This document shows, in pieces, positions 50,700-59,573 of a stretch of DNA of 64,000 bases. Positions within the stretch are counted from its first letter, which is position 1, and every line of letters starts with the position of its first letter. Source of the DNA: Thalassobaculaceae bacterium (GTDB taxonomy: Bacteria; Pseudomonadota; Alphaproteobacteria; Thalassobaculales; Thalassobaculaceae); the NCBI GenBank assembly GCA_965228875.1, contig OZ245843.1:788616-852615 (forward strand). Direction: 5' to 3'. The notes under the pieces are model-generated. The model did not search any database and was not told the DNA's origin. It was given only the letters and a program-made list of their open reading frames with translations. The position numbers and the translations under genes were made by a program.

Positions 50700-52339
50700 G
50701 CCACCGTCTCCCCGTTGCAGCTGTAGAAGGACAGCAGTCCCAACCGGTGCGGGACGCCGCTCAGCCATTTTCTGAAAGCCTGAGGCACGTCCAGAGGCCG
50801 GACCTGTCCGTCCATCGCGCTCAGTTCCGCAACAAGCTGCGCCGGGTGGGTCTCGGTTGTCAGCGCCACGAGCAGATCGGCTCCGAAAGGTCCCGAGACG
50901 TTTATGCCGGCGAGTTCGAAAGGGCTCTCGGGGTCGCGTGGACCGGCCTCTCCCGAGCTCAGGGGATAGAGAAACTGGACGGTCCCGTCGTTCGCCAGAT
51001 TGACCAGGGTGAGGTAGGGATACCCGAGGTCGCCGACCTCGATCGTCACCACCTCGCCCTCGCGATAGATGGATTTGCCCGGACTGACAGAGATGTCCAG
51101 GGAATGGGTCTCCCCCATCGCCGACAACCGTGAGCGCGCCCGGAACTTGTCGACCACTCCCTGGAGCGCGTCGGCCGGAATCTCCTGGGCGACGACGGTG
51201 TCGATGCCGCTGACCACCTCTCGCTTTTCGGCGTCCCAGACGATGTCCGGGGTGTCGTGCACGTCCACGATCCGGGCGCCCTCGAGGCCGGGCGGCGTGG
51301 TGCCGGGAACGCCCAGGACCGCGACCCGGATATTGCGGTCGGGCGGTGGAGCGACGACCGCCGGTCGACCATGGGCATAGAGCGTGCGTTCCGCGCCGTC
51401 ATCCGCCGAGACGATATTCGGGATCTGCGCCCCCTGCGTCTCGAAGTTGATGTTGCGCAGGACGTACCGTTTCATCTCCGCAAGCTGGATACGGCCGTCG
51501 CCGTCGGTGTCGGCCGCCCCCCGCAAACCGCGCGAGAAGAAGTAGCTCATGGCTCCCCGTGGGACCGCCTGACCGTCCGTGTCGGGCAAGGGGATTTCGG
51601 GAACGAGTTGATCGTCGAGAACGGCACCGAAGGAGATCAGGTTGCTTGGAAACGCCTCCGCCGTCTCCGCCGCCGCGGGGGCATCGAGGCCGGCGAAGAG
51701 ATCGTCTGTCTCTGTGCTTGAGAGCAGATCGCCCTCGATCTTGACGCCTGAAAACCGGTACCGGGGCCTTACCCGCCGATCGACACTCCTGAACGTGGTT
51801 CCGGAGTGGCACGCATCGATCACCAGGACCACCTGCACGTCCCGCTCGGCGGCCTTGCGCACGAAAGCATCGATCTCGTCGTCGAGTATGAACTCGCTGC
51901 GGCCAGCGTCCGCCTTGCCGAAGGCGTGCAGCGGCAGAAACTCGTCGTAGCCATCCTCCTCCGCCGATGAGGCCGGGGCTTCGGCCTGCATCCCGTGACC
52001 CGCATAGGTGAGGAAGACGGTATCACCCGGTCCCGACCGTTCGAGGGCGCCGTTCCAGGCTGCGATGACGGCATCGCGGCGGGCCTCGCCATCCAGCAGT
52101 ACCGTCACATCGGTCATCCCGATGGCTCGGAACGTCGTCTCGAGATCGCGGGCGTCGTTCACGGCGCCACCGAGGTCGGAGAGGATGCCGTCCGGATCGA
52201 GATAGTCGTCGATGCCGACGACGACCGCGCGCCATTGCGTCTCGACGGACGCGGCGACGGTGGCGGTCCACGCGAGCAGAAGACAGGCCGCAATCCCCAG
52301 GACAGCTGCGGTGGCTTGACTAGGACCCGTTGCACGCAT
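50693..52339 (-). CDS. Exported caspase-like (C14, meta/orthocaspase) protease with DUF4384-like C-terminus
   Basis: Signal peptide. 'AVVVGID', 'LGGAVNDA', 'YAGHG', 'IDACHSG'. C-terminal 'YLTLVNLANDGTVQFLYP..GPFGAD'. Confidence 0.87.
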   Translation of the reverse strand: MRATGPSQATAAVLGIAACLLLAWTATVAASVETQWRAVVVGIDDYLDPDGILSDLGGAVNDARDLETTFRAIGMTDVTVLLDGEARRDAVIAAWNGALERSGPGDTVFLTYAGHGMQAEAPASSAEEDGYDEFLPLHAFGKADAGRSEFILDDEIDAFVRKAAERDVQVVLVIDACHSGTTFRSVDRRVRPRYRFSGVKIEGDLLSSTETDDLFAGLDAPAAAETAEAFPSNLISFGAVLDDQLVPEIPLPDTDGQAVPRGAMSYFFSRGLRGAADTDGDGRIQLAEMKRYVLRNINFETQGAQIPNIVSADDGAERTLYAHGRPAVVAPPPDRNIRVAVLGVPGTTPPGLEGARIVDVHDTPDIVWDAEKREVVSGIDTVVAQEIPADALQGVVDKFRARSRLSAMGETHSLDISVSPGKSIYREGEVVTIEVGDLGYPYLTLVNLANDGTVQFLYPLSSGEAGPRDPESPFELAGINVSGPFGADLLVALTTETHPAQLVAELSAMDGQVRPLDVPQAFRKWLSGVPHRLGLLSFYSCNGETVAC

Positions 52340-53327
52340 TGTCGTACCGCCCGCTCTCCTGGTTGCCTTGTCCGTAGTAGACCTCGACGCGCCGATTGAT
52401 CCGCCAACGCTCCTCCTGTGTGAACCGGTCGGGATTGTCGATGTTCACCGGAATGCGTTCGCCGCACCAAAGCGCGCGGATCGTTCCGGCGAATCCGTTC
52501 TGCTGGAGGTAGGTCCGGATCCGGGTGGCCCGGCGGCCGGACAGGTCGAGGTTGTAGGCGTCGTCGCCGCGTTCGTCGGTGTGCCCGATGATCGTGATCT
52601 CGTTCGGGCTCTCGCGCCGCAGGATCGGGAGCAACCGCTCCGCCGTCACGCGACCCTGCTGGTCAAACTCGTCGGACCCGGTGACGAACGTGATCTGTGG
52701 CGTCTTCTTCGGTACCCCGATCCCCCGGACGCTTGGCGCGAAATAGGCGGCGGTGCCGCCTCCGCGCGTCGTCGGCTCGACCGGGATCTCGGTGAGAACC
52801 AGCGCCTCTGATGCCGCAGCATGAACCGCGTGGATGGTCTCGGCCGAGGGCGCCTTGGCGGTGTAGCCGGTATGCTCCATAAGGTTGAGCGCCTGGAAAT
52901 AGTGTCGCGTTGCGGCGTCGTAGCGTTTCAGGTCCATCGCGAGCGAGCCGAGCTGAGCGCGCATTTCCCAGTGATCGGCATAGGGGAGGTACTCTTCGAC
53001 TTCGCGATAGAGGGCGTCGATTTCGGCTCCCCGCTGGCGCTCGACGCCAGCGATCCGGGCTACGAGGAGACCGAGGTGAGAGCGCGCCGCGATGCGATTC
53101 TTCGGGGGACAGAACACATCGATATCAGTGATCAGCCCGCGGGCGGCGGCACTGTCGTGGGCTTTCAGGCTCTGCGCGAAACTGGTGATGAGGGAGCGAC
53201 AGTTGTTCGCGTCGCCGGCGGTATCGCCTGCTGCCGGACCCGCCAATGCGATCCCAAATACCGCGGCGATCCCGAGGCCGGGTCCGATTAGCCGTTGCCG
53301 CATACTTACGCCTGATCTCCGCGTCAT
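52320..53327 (-). CDS. Exported OmpA-family peptidoglycan-binding protein with helical/TPR-like N-terminus
   Basis: Signal peptide. TPR-like 'LGSLAMDLKRYDAATRHYFQAL'. OmpA C-terminal motifs 'IIGHTDERG..YNLDLSGRRA..NRRVE'. Alternative ATG at 53303. Confidence 0.85.
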   Translation of the reverse strand: MTRRSGVSMRQRLIGPGLGIAAVFGIALAGPAAGDTAGDANNCRSLITSFAQSLKAHDSAAARGLITDIDVFCPPKNRIAARSHLGLLVARIAGVERQRGAEIDALYREVEEYLPYADHWEMRAQLGSLAMDLKRYDAATRHYFQALNLMEHTGYTAKAPSAETIHAVHAAASEALVLTEIPVEPTTRGGGTAAYFAPSVRGIGVPKKTPQITFVTGSDEFDQQGRVTAERLLPILRRESPNEITIIGHTDERGDDAYNLDLSGRRATRIRTYLQQNGFAGTIRALWCGERIPVNIDNPDRFTQEERWRINRRVEVYYGQGNQESGRYDNACNGS

Positions 53328-53627
53328 CTCGCTTCGCCCCACCTTCGCCTCGCGTCCGCCACGCGTCGCGTACGGCCTAGCCTTGCCTCGAATTCATCAT
53401 CCGTCCAGGATGGAAATCAACCAAAACCCGAATCCTTGCGCCCTTGCGCTCCCGCCCATTGCAGGGCGCCGCCGGATTTGGTGGATGGACACTGTCGAGC
53501 CGGTCCTTGACGCAGGCGCAGCGATCCGGCGGGGCACCGTGCGACGTGCCGCGGACTCGACCGGGAGCGCGGTGGGGCCGAAAAGAGCTGACTTCCGGGG
53601 ACCGGCGGCGTGTCGGGCAGAGCCGGA

Positions 53628-54662
53628 TCAGCGTGCGACCGCGTGGCGCGGTACGACCGTCTCGGCTGCATCGGCAGGCGGTTCCATCTTCTCCGCGTGG
53701 TGACAGGCGACGGTGTGATCGGTATCGCCGATGGTCCGCAGGGCGGGGATGGCCCGGGCGCAGTCCGCGGTCGCCATCGGGCAGCGGGTGTGGAAGACGC
53801 AGCCCGTGGGTGGGTTCAGGGGGCTCGGCGGGTCGCCTTCGAGCAGGGCGCCACGGCGGCGGGCCCGGGGATCGAGCCGGGGGGCGGCGGCTATCAGCGC
53901 GCGCGTATAGGGGTGTCGCGGCGCCGAGAACACCTGGGCGGCGGGGCCGGTCTCGACCATGCGGCCGAGGTACATGACCACGACCCGGTCGCAGATGTGT
54001 CGCACGATCCCGAGATCGTGGGAGATGAACAGGTAGGTCAGGCGGTGGGCTTCCTGCAGGTCGAGCAGCAGGTTCACCACCTGGGCTTGGATCGACACGT
54101 CGAGGGCGGCAACGGCCTCGTCGCAGACGATGAAGCTCGGCGACACCGCCAGAGCACGGGCAATCACCGCGCGCTGCAGCTGGCCGCCGGACATCTGGTG
54201 TGGATAACGCGCCAGCATGTGGCGCTCGAGTCCGACGGACTGGAGCAGTTCATCCATTCTCTGTGGGCGGTCCGCAGCCTCGCCGATCTCGTGTACATCG
54301 AGGATCTCGCGGATCTGCGTGCCGATCGTCAGGCGCGGATTCAGGGCACCGAACGGGTTCTGGAAAATCATCTGCATCTGCTGACGCAACTGACGCCATT
54401 CGGTGCTGCCGCGCTCGGCGGAGACCGTCCGGCCGCGGAACCGGACCGTACCTCCGCTCGGGGCGAGTAGGCCGAGCACGAGCTTGCCGATCGTCGACTT
54501 GCCACAGCCGCTCTCGCCGACAAGGCCGAGGGTTTCCCCTTCGCGGACCTGGAAGGAGACGTCCTGGGCGGCCGTCACAATCCGCTTGGCGCCGAGAAAG
54601 GGGATCGACCGGCCGACCGGAAAACGCCGCGTGAGTTTGTGTACATCGACCAGGACTGTCAT
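53628..54662 (-). CDS. Oligopeptide/dipeptide-family ABC ATP-binding protein (OppF-like)
   Basis: GESGCGKS, MSGGQLQR, 'GCVFHTRCP'. Confidence 0.92.
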   Translation of the reverse strand: MTVLVDVHKLTRRFPVGRSIPFLGAKRIVTAAQDVSFQVREGETLGLVGESGCGKSTIGKLVLGLLAPSGGTVRFRGRTVSAERGSTEWRQLRQQMQMIFQNPFGALNPRLTIGTQIREILDVHEIGEAADRPQRMDELLQSVGLERHMLARYPHQMSGGQLQRAVIARALAVSPSFIVCDEAVAALDVSIQAQVVNLLLDLQEAHRLTYLFISHDLGIVRHICDRVVVMYLGRMVETGPAAQVFSAPRHPYTRALIAAAPRLDPRARRRGALLEGDPPSPLNPPTGCVFHTRCPMATADCARAIPALRTIGDTDHTVACHHAEKMEPPADAAETVVPRHAVAR

Positions 54663-55711
54663 GAATCCTCTCTGTTGAGCGGGTGATGGCAGGCCACGCC
54701 GCCGGCCGCACCGTCGGTCGCGGTGAGCGGTGGCGGGATGCTCTGGCAGCGGTCGCTGGCCCGTGGACAGCGTGGGGCGAAGCGGCACCCGGCCGGGTAG
54801 TCGCGCGGCGCCGGGACCGTCCCCTCGATCAGCGGCAGGCGACGGTTGATGCTGGCACCGCCCGGCAGTGAGCGCAGCAGGCCACGGGTGTAGGGGTGGC
54901 GGGGCGCCTCGAAGATCTGCTCTACCGGCCCGGTCTCAACGACGCGGCCGGCATACATGACCGCTACGTCGTCGGCGGTCTCCGCCACCACGGCGAGGTC
55001 GTGGGTGACCAGGATGACGGCGGTCCCGGTGTCGCTTGCCAGGCGGCGCATCAAGTCGAGGATCTGTGCCTGGATGGTGACGTCGAGGGCGGTGGTCGGC
55101 TCGTCGGCGATCAGCAGCCGCGGCTTGCAGGCGAGCGCCATCGCGATCATCACCCGCTGGCACATACCGCCGGAGAGCTGGTGCGGAAAGCTGCGGGCCC
55201 GTGATGCCGGATCGGGGATACCAACCAGACGCAGCATCTCGATCGCCCGCTCCTGGGCGGCCGGCATGGAGAGACCCTCGTGCAGGTGCAGGGCTTCGGC
55301 GATCTGCCAGCCGACCCGCTTGACCGGGTTCAGGGACGACATCGGATCCTGGAAGATCATCGCCACGTCGCCGCCGCGCAGTTCCTGCATGTCCCGCTGG
55401 TTGAGGTCGGTCAGGTCACGGCCGGAGAAGCGGATGCGCCCCGAGAGGATCCGCCCGCGCTCCGGCAGCAGACGGAGGATAGACAGGCAGGACACCGACT
55501 TGCCGGAACCGCTTTCGCCTACCAGGCCGAGGGTGCGCCCCGCGCCCACATCCAGGTCGACGCCGTCAACGGCGACCGTGGTCTCGCTGCCGTCAGCCGA
55601 CGTGAACCCGACCCGTAGCCCCGAGACCTGCAGGAGCGGTGGCTCGACGATACGCTCGGCATGGATCGAGGGCAGGGCGCTCCGGGCGTCCTTGGGAGAT
55701 GTTTCGCTCAT
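54659..55711 (-). CDS. Oligopeptide/dipeptide-family ABC ATP-binding protein (OppD-like)
   Basis: GESGSGKS, LSGGMCQR, ADEPTTALD, 'GCRFAPRC'. Confidence 0.92.
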   Translation of the reverse strand: MSETSPKDARSALPSIHAERIVEPPLLQVSGLRVGFTSADGSETTVAVDGVDLDVGAGRTLGLVGESGSGKSVSCLSILRLLPERGRILSGRIRFSGRDLTDLNQRDMQELRGGDVAMIFQDPMSSLNPVKRVGWQIAEALHLHEGLSMPAAQERAIEMLRLVGIPDPASRARSFPHQLSGGMCQRVMIAMALACKPRLLIADEPTTALDVTIQAQILDLMRRLASDTGTAVILVTHDLAVVAETADDVAVMYAGRVVETGPVEQIFEAPRHPYTRGLLRSLPGGASINRRLPLIEGTVPAPRDYPAGCRFAPRCPRASDRCQSIPPPLTATDGAAGGVACHHPLNREDS

Positions 55712-56613
55712 CGCAGGCTCGGGTCCAGGTGGTCGCGCAGCCAGTCGCCGAGGATCGAGACTGACAGGGTTATCAGGAAGATCATCATGCCCGGGATCAC
55801 GGCGATCCACGGCGCCTGAAGGAGGTAGTCGCGGCCGTAGCCCAGCATCTGGCCGAGGCTGGTCATCGGCGGCTGCACGCCGAGGCCGAGGAAGCTCAAC
55901 GAGGTCTCGAGCAGGATGGTGCCCGGCAGGTTGATCGTGAACTGGATCATCAGCGCCGGGAGGATGTTCGGCAGGAGATGCCGGGCGTAGAGCTTCCAGG
56001 TCGGCACGCCGAGGGAACTCACCGCCTCGATGTAAGTCGCCTGACCGCTGGACAGCGTCATGCCGCGGGCGAGGCGGGCATAGCGCTCCCAGCCGTCGAT
56101 GCCGACGACGATCACCAGCACCCAGAAGTTCCCGGAGAAGAACGCCAGCACGGCAAGGGCGAAGATGATGAACGGCAAGGAGGACTGGGCGTCGACGAGC
56201 ATCATGATGACCTCGTCGGCCCAGCCACGGAAATGGGCGGCGACGATGCCGAGGAGGGAACCCAGCAGGGCGCCGATTCCGGTGCCGACCAGGGCGATGG
56301 CGACCGAGATCTTGGTCCCGTAGATCACCCGGCTGAGCACGTCGCGGCCGAGGTCGTCCGAGCCCAGGACGTAGCGCCAGTCGCCGCCCATGAAGACCGG
56401 TGGGTTGCGGATTTCGAACAGATCCTGCTGGGCGTGGTCGTAGGGCTGCAGGAGCGGGGCGAAGATCGCCACAAGCAGCACCAGGGTGAGGTAGGCGCCG
56501 GCGATGATGACGATCCATGGCCGGTCGAGCCTCAGCCGCCGGAGCCGGCTTGGCGGATGCTGGATCACAGCACCGTGCTGCACGCGATCTGCGGCGGTGT
56601 CGGCTTGAGCCAT
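55708..56613 (-). CDS. Peptide-family ABC permease (OppC-like)
   Basis: 'LGSDDLGRDVLSR' and 'ETSLSFLGLG'. Confidence 0.92.
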   Translation of the reverse strand: MAQADTAADRVQHGAVIQHPPSRLRRLRLDRPWIVIIAGAYLTLVLLVAIFAPLLQPYDHAQQDLFEIRNPPVFMGGDWRYVLGSDDLGRDVLSRVIYGTKISVAIALVGTGIGALLGSLLGIVAAHFRGWADEVIMMLVDAQSSLPFIIFALAVLAFFSGNFWVLVIVVGIDGWERYARLARGMTLSSGQATYIEAVSSLGVPTWKLYARHLLPNILPALMIQFTINLPGTILLETSLSFLGLGVQPPMTSLGQMLGYGRDYLLQAPWIAVIPGMMIFLITLSVSILGDWLRDHLDPSLR

Positions 56614-56623
56614 GGCGATGACC

Positions 56624-57553
56624 TCAGGGTTTCTCGGCGGTCCCGCGGACCCGGGGGTCGAGGACCGCGTAGAGCAGGTCGACCATCAGGTTCACGAAGA
56701 TGATGCTGGCGGCGATCAGCAGGATGATGGCCTGGACCACGGCGTAATCGCGGGCGCCGACCGCCTGATAGAAAAGGCGGCCCATGCCCGGCCAGGCGAA
56801 GACCGTCTCGATGACCACCGTCCCACCGATCATCAGGCCGAACTGAAAGCCGAGCACGGTGACCGTCGGGATGGCGGCGTTCGGCAGGGCGTGCCAGCGG
56901 ATCCGGCGGCCGTATGATGCCCCCTTGGCCCGAGCGGTTCGGATATAGGACTGGCGGATCACCTCAAGGATCGACGAGCGGGTGAAGCGTGCGATTTGAG
57001 CACCGGCGGCGAGGCCGAGGGTGACTGCCGGCATCACCATATGGGCCAGCGTGTCCGACCCCGAGGGCGGCAGCCATCGGAGCTGCAGCGACAGGAAGAT
57101 GATGAGGAGCAGGCCGAAGAAGAAGTTCGGCATGGAGTAGCCGAACACCGCGGTCACCATGACCAGTCGGTCGACCAGCGTGTTTCGGTTCAGGGCGGCG
57201 ATGACGCCAAGTGAGACCCCGAAGATCACGGCGCCGCAGTAGGCAACGATGCCGAGCTGCAGGGTCTTCGGCAGGCGTTCCAGCACGATCTCGATCGCCG
57301 GCTTGAAGTCGAAGAAACTGACGCCGAAGTCACCCTGGAGCAGAGAGCCCAGATAGGTGACGTACTGTTCGTAGACCGGGCGGTCAATGCCCCAGCGCTC
57401 CTTGTAGACGTCGATGATATACTGCGGCGTGTCGTCCGGCAGGAGGACATAGGTCGGATCGCCCGATGCCCGCAGAATGAAGAAGACGGCGGTAACGACA
57501 AGCAAAAGCGTCGCAATTGCACGCAGAGCTTTCGTGGAAATCATTACCAGCAT
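56624..57553 (-). CDS. Peptide-family ABC permease (OppB-like)
   Basis: 'GDFGVS', 'YIRTARAKG', 'IETVFAWPGMG'. Confidence 0.92.
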   Translation of the reverse strand: MLVMISTKALRAIATLLLVVTAVFFILRASGDPTYVLLPDDTPQYIIDVYKERWGIDRPVYEQYVTYLGSLLQGDFGVSFFDFKPAIEIVLERLPKTLQLGIVAYCGAVIFGVSLGVIAALNRNTLVDRLVMVTAVFGYSMPNFFFGLLLIIFLSLQLRWLPPSGSDTLAHMVMPAVTLGLAAGAQIARFTRSSILEVIRQSYIRTARAKGASYGRRIRWHALPNAAIPTVTVLGFQFGLMIGGTVVIETVFAWPGMGRLFYQAVGARDYAVVQAIILLIAASIIFVNLMVDLLYAVLDPRVRGTAEKP

Positions 57554-57917
57554 GCGTCGCCTCCGCGCTTCAGCCCGGGGACGGTAGGCCGCGATCAGTT
57601 GCCGAAATGTGGCGAGAATAAAAAAGTAATTGGTACATTGTTTAGTTTTTGTGAATCATTCCATTGTTCGAATTCAGTAGAGCATCAAGGATATTAAAAC
57701 AGAATACTATTATCGATTTCACCGTTTTGACTTGATTTCACCGCGCAAGGTTCACCGAGCCGTCACCGTAATGGCGCGGACGATGGAGAAGGCTGTTGCG
57801 GGCGTCCCGAGGGGCGCTGCTTCCGGCCGGCCCCGGCTTCGGAAGCCCCAGCCCATCCGCTCCCTGGACAGGTACGGCGCCACGCCTCTGCCGGGGGTCC
57901 TGCCGAGGAAAGAGGAC

Positions 57918-59504
57918 ATGAGAAAACAACTGATTGCGGGAATGGTCGCGGGCGTTGTCGCGCTCACGGCGATGCCGATGACAGCACATGCCGACAGTCG
58001 CCCGGAACTCATCATCGCCATGGCGGCGATGCAGCGCGCACATCCGGCGATCGCGGAATCCAACTACGACAGCCGGGTCATCAAGTCGGTCATGGACGGC
58101 CTGCTGAACCGCGACTGGCTGAACGGCCCGAACGGCAATGACGGCACCGAGATCGTTGCCGGCATCCTGACCCAATGGGATCAGATCTCCGACACAGTGT
58201 GGGAGTTCAAGGTTCGCCAGGGCGTCAAGTTCCACAACGGTCGCGACCTGACGGTCGAGGACGTGGCCTTCACCATCTCCGAGGAGCGGCTGTGGGGCGA
58301 GAAGGCCCTCCAGCCCCATTCGCTCGCCTCCAGCCTTGCCGGTGTCGAGATCGTCGACGCCGAGACGATCCGGGTGACGACCAAGTATCCCGATCCGGTT
58401 CTGCTGCACCGCCTGGCCCATGTGATCGGCCACGTGGTTCCGGCCAAGGAGTATCGGGAGCTCGGCCCGGAAGCCTTCGCCGCCGCGCCGATCGGCACCG
58501 GTCCGTACAAGTGGGTTCGGATGATTGCCGACGAGGAGATCGTCCTCGAGGCGTTCGACGACTACTGGGGCGACACGCCGCCGCTGAAGCGCCTCACCTT
58601 CAAGGCTGTGCCGGAGACCTCCGCCCGGATCGCCGGTCTGGTGACCGGTGAATACGACATCATCACGTCGGTGCCGCCGGACCAGGCCGAGCTGATCGAC
58701 CGCGAGGCCAACTACGAGTCCCGCACGATCGAGGTGGAGAACATGCACCACCTCACCTTCATGACCGGCTGCGGCGAGGAGAGCCAGGCCTGCGAGCGCA
58801 AGTCGGCGGTTCACGACCCGAGGGTGCGCAAGGCCATGGTCCTTGCGGTTGATCGGCAAAAGATCGCCGACCGTCTCTGGAACGGCATGGCGGAGGTTCC
58901 GGGCGGTCCGAACTGGGCGATGTTCGGCAAGCTGTTCGATGCCGGGCGCAAGCCGCTGCCCTACGACCCGGACCAGGCCAAGGCGCTGCTCAAGGAGGCC
59001 GGCTACGACGGCAAGGAGATCGTCGTCGCGGTGACCGCCGGTTACTACGTCAACGGCGATCGGGCCGTGCAGGTCATGATGCAGATGTGGGAGCAGGTCG
59101 GCCTGAACGTCCGCCTGCAGTTCGTCGAGAACTGGTCCCAGATGCGGCCTTACGGTTGGCAGGATCTGTGGCTCAACTCCTCGAATATTCGCATCCCTGA
59201 CCCGCTGACCCCGTTTTGGTGGCGCTTCGGCGAGCCGTCCGCGTCCTATCAGACCCGCAAGGTCGTGTCCGTGAGCGACGACTACAAGCGGGTCGGCAAC
59301 GTGCTGGAGCGGACCCTCGACGAGGGTGCGCGGATCGCGGCGTTCGAGGAGGGCCTCGACATCTGGCAACGGGAAAATCCGGCCATCATCATGTACCGAC
59401 CGCTGGAGATCTATGGCGTCCGCAAGGACATCAAGTGGGTGCCCTACAGTTTCTACTGGATGGATTTCCGCGCCTACAACTTCGCGATCCAGAGCGGCAG
59501 CTGA
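57918..59504 (+). CDS. Family-5 ABC substrate-binding protein
   Basis: Signal peptide, 'VRQGVKFHNG', 'PIGTGPY', 'FDDYWG'. RBS AGAGGA. Confidence 0.9.
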   Translation: MRKQLIAGMVAGVVALTAMPMTAHADSRPELIIAMAAMQRAHPAIAESNYDSRVIKSVMDGLLNRDWLNGPNGNDGTEIVAGILTQWDQISDTVWEFKVRQGVKFHNGRDLTVEDVAFTISEERLWGEKALQPHSLASSLAGVEIVDAETIRVTTKYPDPVLLHRLAHVIGHVVPAKEYRELGPEAFAAAPIGTGPYKWVRMIADEEIVLEAFDDYWGDTPPLKRLTFKAVPETSARIAGLVTGEYDIITSVPPDQAELIDREANYESRTIEVENMHHLTFMTGCGEESQACERKSAVHDPRVRKAMVLAVDRQKIADRLWNGMAEVPGGPNWAMFGKLFDAGRKPLPYDPDQAKALLKEAGYDGKEIVVAVTAGYYVNGDRAVQVMMQMWEQVGLNVRLQFVENWSQMRPYGWQDLWLNSSNIRIPDPLTPFWWRFGEPSASYQTRKVVSVSDDYKRVGNVLERTLDEGARIAAFEEGLDIWQRENPAIIMYRPLEIYGVRKDIKWVPYSFYWMDFRAYNFAIQSGS

Positions 59505-59518
59505 CGCGTCCGCCTGCC

Positions 59519-59551
59519 GGCCGCGCCCTTCGGGGCGCGGCCTTTCTCTTT
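59519..59551 (+). terminator. Rho-independent terminator between the two binding-protein genes
   Basis: GGCCGCGCCC-TTCG-GGGCGCGGCC followed by TTTCTCTTT. Confidence 0.8.
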
Positions 59552-59573
59552 AGTCAATCCGGAGGACCGACCC

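Noticed and set aside
42578..53627. Protease operon as a mobile element or as a gasdermin/CRISPR-linked caspase system
   Set aside because: No integrase, transposase, tRNA or flanking direct repeats are visible. No gasdermin, Cas or NTPase gene was recognised, and the proteins carry export signals.
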